Below, one piece after another: positions 26,334 through 32,000 of a stretch of DNA of 32,000 nucleotides. The number at the start of each line of letters is the position of its first letter. Position 1 is the stretch's first letter. Source of the DNA: Caldivirga maquilingensis IC-167 (GTDB lineage Archaea; Thermoproteota; Thermoprotei; Thermoproteales; Thermocladiaceae); NCBI RefSeq assembly GCF_000018305.1, contig NC_009954.1, positions 420,001 to 452,000 of the forward strand, written 5' to 3'. A program made the translations under genes and the position numbers. Under the pieces are notes generated by a model. That model was not told the origin of the DNA. It worked only from the letters and a program-made list of their open reading frames with translations, and searched no databases.

Positions 26334-26813
26334 TTAGCCAACAACCTTGATTAAATCATTTAAAATCCTCCTTATTTTCTCCTTATCCTCCTGAGGTATC
26401 TTATCCCAATTATCAATTATGTACCTTGCAGCTGACACGAATTCATCAATATTAAATGGTGAAGGCGGTGGGGGTGGTGGATTAATACCACCAATTAACC
26501 CAATGGCCCTCTTCCCCTCCTCAGTGAGTGAGTAATACTTCTTAACACCATCAATCCTAGATATCTTAATTAAACCCTCCTCCTCCAAGTCATCTAGGAG
26601 TGGGTATATTGATCCTGGTGATGGCCTCCAGAAGCCGAAGCTCCACCTCTCAATCTCATCAATTATCTGGGCACCCGTTAACTCACCCTTGAAGGCTAGG
26701 ATATAAAGTACAATATCCCTCAACGCACCCCTCCTCCTCCAAAACCAGCCCATGAAGTCATGAGGCATAGGCCCCCTTCTCCAATCCATTAACGGGGTTA
26801 CTAATGCATGCAA
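26334..26813 (-). CDS. PadR-family transcriptional regulator with a Trp/Arg/Gly-rich N-terminal extension
   Basis: PadR core LRDIVLYILAFKGELTGAQIIDEI...PSPGSIYPLLDDLEEEGLI...KKYYSLTEEGKRA. N-terminus DWRRGPMPHDFMGWFWRRRG. Confidence 0.85.
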   Translation of the reverse strand: MHALVTPLMDWRRGPMPHDFMGWFWRRRGALRDIVLYILAFKGELTGAQIIDEIERWSFGFWRPSPGSIYPLLDDLEEEGLIKISRIDGVKKYYSLTEEGKRAIGLIGGINPPPPPPSPFNIDEFVSAARYIIDNWDKIPQEDKEKIRRILNDLIKVVG

Positions 26814-26893
26814 TTAAATTTTACTACACGGTATTAAAAATAGAATACACTAATATTACCGGTACCTGAAACCATGTAACTAACTTAACTGCA

Positions 26894-28126
26894 TTAGGTG
26901 CGTCCAGCCCTACCAAGCCTCTCATGAGCCTTACCCAACTCCCTCCTATGCTGGGCAATGAGTAAGTTAAGTTCACCAGCAAGCACCGCTGCGGCTATTA
27001 TTTCAGCAAGCTTTAATGCATTGGAGCCAGGTGGATCACCACCCCCCTGCACCCCAAGCATCTGCAATGCCTCCCTCTGGGTTGGTAAACCAGTACCGCC
27101 ACCAACAGTACCCACCTCTAGGCTTGGTAGCGTTACTGAAACGTATAAGTCACCATTATCATCAACCTCAGCCCAAGTAATACCCATGCTTGATTCAACA
27201 ACCTGGGCCACATCCTGACCTGTGGCTATGAACATTGCCGCCACTATGTTTGCGAAGTGGGCGTTGAAGCCGTAGGAGTGGGCGTAGGCTGAGCCAAGTA
27301 GATTCTTCCTAACATTAACATTAACAACCTCCTCCGGGGTTATGTTGAAGCGCTCCATTAGGTACCTCCTTGATACAGTGGCCTCACTGATAACCGTCTT
27401 CCCCCTACCCAGTAGGAAGTTGACTGCATTGGGCTTCTTATCAACACACATGTTACCGCTAACGGTAATTAACTTGGCCTTAGGGTAATTACCCTCAATC
27501 CACTGCGCAACTCTCTCAGAGGCTATGGTAACCATGTTCATACCCATGGCGTCCCCAGTACTGAAGACTAATCTAAGCCATGCATTGTTACCATTTATGA
27601 ATGGTTGAATCTCCTTAAGCCTTAAATGCCTACTACTGGACTCAGCAACCTCCCTAATCTTATCAATATTAGTGTTAATCCAATTAATGAAATCCACAGC
27701 ATCAGTGGCTGTGGGTAATCTGAATAAGGGTGCCCTAGCCATACCATCCTTAACAACAATACTCCTGGCTCCACCATTCTCAGTAATAACCTTAGCCCCC
27801 CTATTCACAGAAGCCACCAAGGCACCCTCAGTTGTGGCTAAGGGTACGTAGTATAAGCCATTAGCATAAACCCCCTTAACTAAAAGCGGACCAGCTACGC
27901 CTAATGGTACTTGAACAGCCCCAATGGTGTTCTCAGTATTCCTACCATAAACCTGGTTAAAGTCAATTACCGTTGAACCTATGGCATTAAGCTTAATACC
28001 AAGCCTCCTCTCAAGGAACAGCCTCCTAGCCCTAGTGGCTGCGTTAGGATCCTTGAGCAGGCCCTCAAGCTCATGCATCTTAACCTTACCCTCCTCAAGC
28101 ATTTTAACCACATCCTCAAGCTCCAT
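26894..28126 (-). CDS. hmgA: 3-hydroxy-3-methylglutaryl-CoA reductase (class I, archaeal)
   Basis: TTEGALVASVNRGAK, GDAMGMNMV and EVGTVGGGT blocks. Length 410 aa. Confidence 0.95.
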   Translation of the reverse strand: MELEDVVKMLEEGKVKMHELEGLLKDPNAATRARRLFLERRLGIKLNAIGSTVIDFNQVYGRNTENTIGAVQVPLGVAGPLLVKGVYANGLYYVPLATTEGALVASVNRGAKVITENGGARSIVVKDGMARAPLFRLPTATDAVDFINWINTNIDKIREVAESSSRHLRLKEIQPFINGNNAWLRLVFSTGDAMGMNMVTIASERVAQWIEGNYPKAKLITVSGNMCVDKKPNAVNFLLGRGKTVISEATVSRRYLMERFNITPEEVVNVNVRKNLLGSAYAHSYGFNAHFANIVAAMFIATGQDVAQVVESSMGITWAEVDDNGDLYVSVTLPSLEVGTVGGGTGLPTQREALQMLGVQGGGDPPGSNALKLAEIIAAAVLAGELNLLIAQHRRELGKAHERLGRAGRT

Positions 28127-28144
28127 GCCCTTAAACCTAGACTC

Positions 28145-28158
28145 AATTATTAAACTTT
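28145..28158 (-). promoter_or_regulatory. TATA box for hmgA (minus strand AAAGTTTAATAATT)
   Basis: Centre is about 26 nt upstream of the ATG at 28126. Confidence 0.45.
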
Positions 28159-28460
28159 ATGACCCCTCCCATCTTGAGGAGAGTTTCATACGAGCCTATT
28201 CTTAAGTTAGCTAAGTAAACGTAGATGGAAAGCTTACCCTTAAGGTGAAGTGCGTTTCGATTTCTTCCATCAAAATGATCTAATACCTATACCTGATCAA
28301 TCCATGCACATGAGGGTTGAAGCTGAAACACCAGTAATACCAGGTGTAAAAGTGATCTTGTATAAGGAATAAATATGCAGGAACCCAACAGAATCCTCAC
28401 TCCCTCAGGGTGAGAGAAGGATTAATGCTAAGTTAAATCACCCTGTGACTCATTTTAGGT

Positions 28461-28472
28461 AATAGTTATAAG
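28461..28472 (+). promoter_or_regulatory. TATA box (AATAGTTATAAG) for the hexapeptide transferase gene
   Basis: Centre is about 27 nt upstream of the ATG at 28494. Confidence 0.5.
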
Positions 28473-28493
28473 CCTTAAGGATTCGCCTCATTA

Positions 28494-29186
28494 ATGGGCT
28501 TCATATCAAGTAGAGCAAAGGTAGATGAGGCTGTAATTGGATTAAACTCAGTGATACTGGGGCCATCGGTAATTGGTAGGGGGAGTTTCATTGATGATTA
28601 CGTGACTGTAGGCTACCCTATTAGGCGGAAGATTAAGACCATTAAGCATATTAATGAACTTGATTCAGTTAGTGACGGTGCCAGGATTGGGGAGGGGTGT
28701 GTGATAAGGAGGGGTACGGTTATTTACGAGAGTGTTGAAGTGGGTAATAATGTTGAGACCGGGCATAACGTGTTAATTAGGGAGAACACGGTGATTGGGG
28801 ATGGGACTAGGTTAGGTACTTTAACTGTGATTGATGGTGGCGTTAAGATAGGTAGGAATGTGAGCGTGCAGAGTATGGTTTACATACCCATAGGTACTGT
28901 AATAGAGGATGAGGTCTTCATAGGGCCAAACGCAGTGATAACTAATGATAAGTACCCACCCAGTAGAAGGCTTCAAGGCGTGGTTATTAGGAGGGGGGCT
29001 GTTATTGGTGCTAACGCCACTTTAATAGCTGGTATCGAGATTGGGGAGGGGGCTGTGGTGGCTGCTGGGTCAATAGTGACTAAGGATGTTAAGCCAGGAA
29101 CTGTTGTCGCTGGTGCCCCAGCTAGACCCATGTACGGTGTTGATGTGTACGTTGAAAAGAGGAGGGCTTATGAATCAATGGGTTAA
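28494..29186 (+). CDS. Left-handed beta-helix (hexapeptide-repeat) acyl/acetyltransferase
   Basis: Consecutive [LIV]-G-x4 hexads (ARIGEGCVIRRGTVIYESVEVGNNVETGHNVLIRENTVIGDGTRLG...IGANATLIAGIEIGEGAVVAAGSIV). Confidence 0.85.
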   Translation: MGFISSRAKVDEAVIGLNSVILGPSVIGRGSFIDDYVTVGYPIRRKIKTIKHINELDSVSDGARIGEGCVIRRGTVIYESVEVGNNVETGHNVLIRENTVIGDGTRLGTLTVIDGGVKIGRNVSVQSMVYIPIGTVIEDEVFIGPNAVITNDKYPPSRRLQGVVIRRGAVIGANATLIAGIEIGEGAVVAAGSIVTKDVKPGTVVAGAPARPMYGVDVYVEKRRAYESMG

Positions 29187-29705
29187 GTTACTTAATCTGC
29201 CTATGAGCTCCTTATGAAACCTCTCATCATCAATAATGCTCCTTATTATTGACTTAATAACCTCCATTCTAGACATCTCCTCACTTGTTAATACCCTTGA
29301 TGATGACTCATAACTACTCAATACGTACTCATACATGCTTAAGGCTATTGACTCATAATCCTCAAGCTCCATTAACCTATTAGCCAAATCCTTAGCCACA
29401 CCACCCCTAACCATTGCCGCACACTCCCTTATCCTACTAAGCCTCCCCTCCAGTTCCCTATTCATGGATACAACACCCTCAACGTTAAGTGAACCCTTAA
29501 GGCCACTGAGCAGAGTCTCCTCAATACCCTTCAATATATCCCTATGCTTAGCCGAATCCCTGCTTATTAACTGCAGGCTAATTCTACTTAATTCATCAGT
29601 GGCTAATTCACTTAATTCACCGTATAATTCAGCTAACTCATCCTCAACCTCCTCAAGATTCCTCAACATACTGATTAATGCAGCATTAAAATCCCTAGTA
29701 ACCAT
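29175..29705 (-). CDS. Hypothetical four-helix protein, possibly ferritin/rubrerythrin-like
   Basis: All-helical, with E-rich helices plus DSAKH and DDERFH (ExxH-like) motifs spaced as in di-iron four-helix bundles. The assignment is tentative. The 3' end overlaps the convergent transferase gene by 12 nt. Confidence 0.5.
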   Translation of the reverse strand: MVTRDFNAALISMLRNLEEVEDELAELYGELSELATDELSRISLQLISRDSAKHRDILKGIEETLLSGLKGSLNVEGVVSMNRELEGRLSRIRECAAMVRGGVAKDLANRLMELEDYESIALSMYEYVLSSYESSSRVLTSEEMSRMEVIKSIIRSIIDDERFHKELIGRLSNLTH

Positions 29706-29790
29706 AGGGCTTATGCATAAGCCGTGTTTTAAAGCATTCGATGATGAAAAGGACCGTAAGGTTAATTAATTTAAGGGCATTAACGCATTA

Positions 29791-30543
29791 ATGAGGGTTA
29801 GCTTCCTAGGCGTCGGTGGTTGGGTTTCAATGCCCTGGCTAAACCACCCCTCAATACTTGTTGAGGCTAAGGGGGTTAGGCTACTTCTTGATGCCGGGGA
29901 GGGTTCATATAGGCAGTTAAGGAGGTGTACTGGCCTTGATGTTGACTCAATAGACGCAGTCATAGTTACTCATGGGCATGGTGACCACATCCTCGGCTTA
30001 CCCTCATACGTACTAATGGCTGGTTCAAGGGGCATTAGGCTAAGTGTAATAGCCCCAAGGTACGTTATGGATGATTTAGTAAGCCTAATTAAGGCTACAC
30101 ACATTCAACAGTACGTGAATGCGCTTAACCCAATACCCGTTGATACGCCGAATGAGCCATCCTTCATAATGGAGTTTAAGGGTATTAGGATTTACGCTGT
30201 TAAGGTTAACCACACCGTGGAGGCTATGGCTGTTAAGTTAATTGACTCAGATGGATCATGCCTAACCTACAGTGGCGACACAGCACCCTCACGGTCACTG
30301 GTTGAGTTGGCTAAGGGCTGTGGTGTACTTATTCATGAGGCGAGCGGGAATCCAGGCTTTGAGGAGGAGGCTCATAGGCATGGCCACAGTACCGTTAGGG
30401 ACGCCGTTAATATTGCTAGGGAGGCTGGTGTTAAGCAGTTAGTGTTAACCCACTTCTACACAGTTAACCCAATCATAAGTGAACTGGGTGAGGGGTTAAG
30501 CCTAATGATACCTTACGAATGCTCAACTATTGAAGTTAAGTAA
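29791..30543 (+). CDS. Metallo-beta-lactamase-fold hydrolase (RNase Z/ElaC-like)
   Basis: VTHGHGDHILGLP (HxHxDH), later HEAS and LTHF. Length 250 aa, shorter than typical RNase Z. Confidence 0.82.
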   Translation: MRVSFLGVGGWVSMPWLNHPSILVEAKGVRLLLDAGEGSYRQLRRCTGLDVDSIDAVIVTHGHGDHILGLPSYVLMAGSRGIRLSVIAPRYVMDDLVSLIKATHIQQYVNALNPIPVDTPNEPSFIMEFKGIRIYAVKVNHTVEAMAVKLIDSDGSCLTYSGDTAPSRSLVELAKGCGVLIHEASGNPGFEEEAHRHGHSTVRDAVNIAREAGVKQLVLTHFYTVNPIISELGEGLSLMIPYECSTIEVK

Positions 30544-30549
30544 GGGATC

Positions 30550-30906
30550 TTAAACACCACTATTCCTAATCTCCCTCAGAAGCCTCCTAAGGAACTCCCT
30601 CCTACGCCTAATCCCCCTCAGCCTACCCTCCACGTTACTCAACGGCACCCCCATCCTCCTAGCCTCAGCCACAGCCCCCTGGACATTAGCCTCCTCAATA
30701 CGCAGCCACTCATACATAACCCTAATCCTCCTAACCTCCCCATAAGCATCATAGCCCTGCGGCTCAATATTAATGCCTAGGTAATCGCTAAGCCACTTAA
30801 CCCTAGCCTCCTCATTATCCCTAAGCGCCCTTGATGCATCAATACCCCCAAGGAACCTAGAGTACTTGGTGGTAAGTAGCTTAATTAAAGGTGACTCACT
30901 GCTCAT
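30550..30906 (-). CDS. Hypothetical protein (118 aa) with an Arg-rich C-terminus
   Basis: The ORF overlaps the upstream ORF by 11 nt. The tail is GRLRGIRRRREFLRRLLREIRN. No family recognised. Confidence 0.45.
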   Translation of the reverse strand: MSSESPLIKLLTTKYSRFLGGIDASRALRDNEEARVKWLSDYLGINIEPQGYDAYGEVRRIRVMYEWLRIEEANVQGAVAEARRMGVPLSNVEGRLRGIRRRREFLRRLLREIRNSGV

Positions 30907-31225
30907 TAGGCATCAGCCTCTCCATAACCCTCTGCCCAAGGTACTTGTCCTCAACCCTACTTTCAACATTACCCACAACCTCATCATTAACCTCAACAAC
31001 CTCAACTTCATTAACCTCAGCCACCTCATCATTAATGGGCCTAAGCCTACTCACTGCAGTGGCCATGTTTAAGTCAATAACCCTTAGTATTGAGTAGAGG
31101 GAGTACTTATCTATTTTATTATTATATGCGTAAATTAAGGCTAACTCAAGAATCCTCCTACTTGCATCATTAGCAAGCCCCAAGGCCTTAATGCTACTTA
31201 ACAGTAACTGCCTACTCTTACCCAT
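30896..31225 (-). CDS. Hypothetical protein (109 aa) with an acidic Glu/Val-rich centre
   Basis: First ORF of a two-gene overlapping pair, divergent from the pilin gene. No family recognised. Confidence 0.45.
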   Translation of the reverse strand: MGKSRQLLLSSIKALGLANDASRRILELALIYAYNNKIDKYSLYSILRVIDLNMATAVSRLRPINDEVAEVNEVEVVEVNDEVVGNVESRVEDKYLGQRVMERLMPNEQ

Positions 31226-31431
31226 GATTACTGATTCTCATTAACTACATTAAAAACTAACGTGTAGAATCTGTACTCACCATGAGTTTAAAGTTTAAGC
31301 AAATAAGCTGCTACGTAAATTACGCAATAATTTATTGAGGTAACAAACATTAATTCTTAGTACTACCTGCATTAATAACTTGATATAAACCAATGCATAA
31401 AACTTAAAAAACATATATCGATGGGTAATAC

Positions 31432-31941
31432 ATGGATTATTCAAGTAAAAGAATGAGGAGGGGTATTGAACCCATAGTGGCCGCAATACTATTAATAGTG
31501 ATAACTGTGGTGGCTGCAGTACTACTTTACTTCTGGTTCTCAGGATACTTATCGGCAACCACGACAAGAGTATCACAAATATCGGCACCGGAGGAGGCTC
31601 AAATAATTGGAGTTAACTACGCCCCCACTAGCAATTATTTAGTCGTATTCCTTCAGAATGTTGGGCAAATACCTATAACCATAGCGCAGGCATATATATT
31701 AAATAGTACAACACTCAATGTAGTATGTTCACTAGCAATAAGTGGGTATACGCCATTACCTAGTTCAGTCTCCAGTACATCGGGCCCAGTATCATCAGTA
31801 TCCACTGTAACCATAGGAGGCAGTGGTGCGGTAGCTATATTTCTTGGTTTATCAGGCTGTAGCCTAAGTCCAAACACCATATATGTGGTTAAGCTTGTTA
31901 CTGCTAGGGGTACTCAGATAACTTACGAGTTCTCAACGTAA
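31432..31941 (+). CDS. Archaeal type IV pilin-like protein (class III signal peptide, DUF361-type N-terminus)
   Basis: KRMRRGIEPIVAAILLIVITVVAAVLLYFW is a short basic leader, a G/I cleavage context and a hydrophobic helix. The C-terminal domain is Ser/Thr-rich and probably beta. TATA AACTTAAAAAAC lies about 27 nt upstream of the ATG at 31432. Confidence 0.8.
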   Translation: MDYSSKRMRRGIEPIVAAILLIVITVVAAVLLYFWFSGYLSATTTRVSQISAPEEAQIIGVNYAPTSNYLVVFLQNVGQIPITIAQAYILNSTTLNVVCSLAISGYTPLPSSVSSTSGPVSSVSTVTIGGSGAVAIFLGLSGCSLSPNTIYVVKLVTARGTQITYEFST

Positions 31942-31959
31942 AGGCTTAAATTTAAGCCT
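31942..31959. terminator. Perfect 18-nt palindrome AGGCTTAAATTTAAGCCT immediately after the pilin stop codon
   Basis: It is self-complementary (9+9) and starts 1 nt after the TAA (31939-31941). It could be a transcript-end hairpin or a protein-binding site. Confidence 0.3.
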
Positions 31960-32000
31960 GTGTTTAAAATAATCATGGTTTCTTTAAGGCTTGGTTCAAG

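Noticed and set aside
28275-28326. Possible C/D-box sRNA: ATGATCT, 11 nt, CTGA, 7 nt, ATGCACA, 12 nt, CTGA
   Set aside because: The spacing is right, but the C box matches RUGAUGA at only 5 of 7 positions and the C' box at 4 of 7. No terminal stem flanks it. This is too weak to call without conservation or expression data.
31295-31588. 97-aa minus-strand ORF across the pilin promoter and 5' end
   Set aside because: It spans an AT-rich promoter and overlaps the pilin signal peptide in antisense. Its sequence is implausibly hydrophobic and low in complexity.
1-32000. CRISPR arrays, rRNA genes, integrases, tnpA (Y1 transposase)
   Set aside because: I saw no regularly spaced direct repeats, rRNA-like sequence, or integrase/TnpA motifs on either strand. 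Both IS copies carry tnpB only.
31976-32000. Start of another gene (ATGGTTTCTTTAAGGCTTGGTTCAAG)
   Set aside because: Only 25 nt are visible, which is too short to support a CDS call.

Overview
This window looks like a chromosomal segment from a thermophilic crenarchaeon, probably Thermoproteales-like (Caldivirga/Vulcanisaeta type). That placement is an inference from several observations: a LacS-like GH1 gene, a PaREP1 gene, Thr/Ser-stalked solute-binding proteins, and AT-rich TATA boxes centred about 27 nt upstream of start codons (leaderless layout). I call about 38 protein genes, one tRNA-Leu(CAA), and two divergent tnpB-only IS200/IS605 (IS1341-type) elements. There is no CRISPR array and no rRNA. 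One IS splits a GH31 glycosidase, and its junctions can be reconstructed to about one base. The other IS ends on the base before the start codon of an MFS transporter. Both elements share short G/C-rich blocks at their 3' ends, consistent with omega-RNA scaffolds. The rest is mostly housekeeping: HMG-CoA reductase, TFS, SurE, an RNA m5C methyltransferase, uridine phosphorylase, an ABC exporter, and a glycan-utilisation set (GH29 fucosidase, GH31, GH1, and an orphan solute-binding protein). The best candidates for undescribed biology are listed here. (1) A tight PfkB kinase / IMPase-family phosphatase / MtnA-type isomerase array with uridine phosphorylase and SurE nearby, possibly a Rubisco-independent sugar-1-phosphate or nucleoside-ribose salvage route. 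(2) A coiled-coil protein plus wHTH-Mrr-like PD-(D/E)xK nuclease pair wedged between the GH31 and GH1 genes. (3) Two convergent wHTH regulators carrying Trp/Gly/Pro/Arg-rich tails. (4) A divergent trio of uncharacterised genes. (5) About 300 bp of unexplained non-coding DNA with mutually exclusive hairpins. All functional calls come from motif recognition by eye, since no searches were possible.
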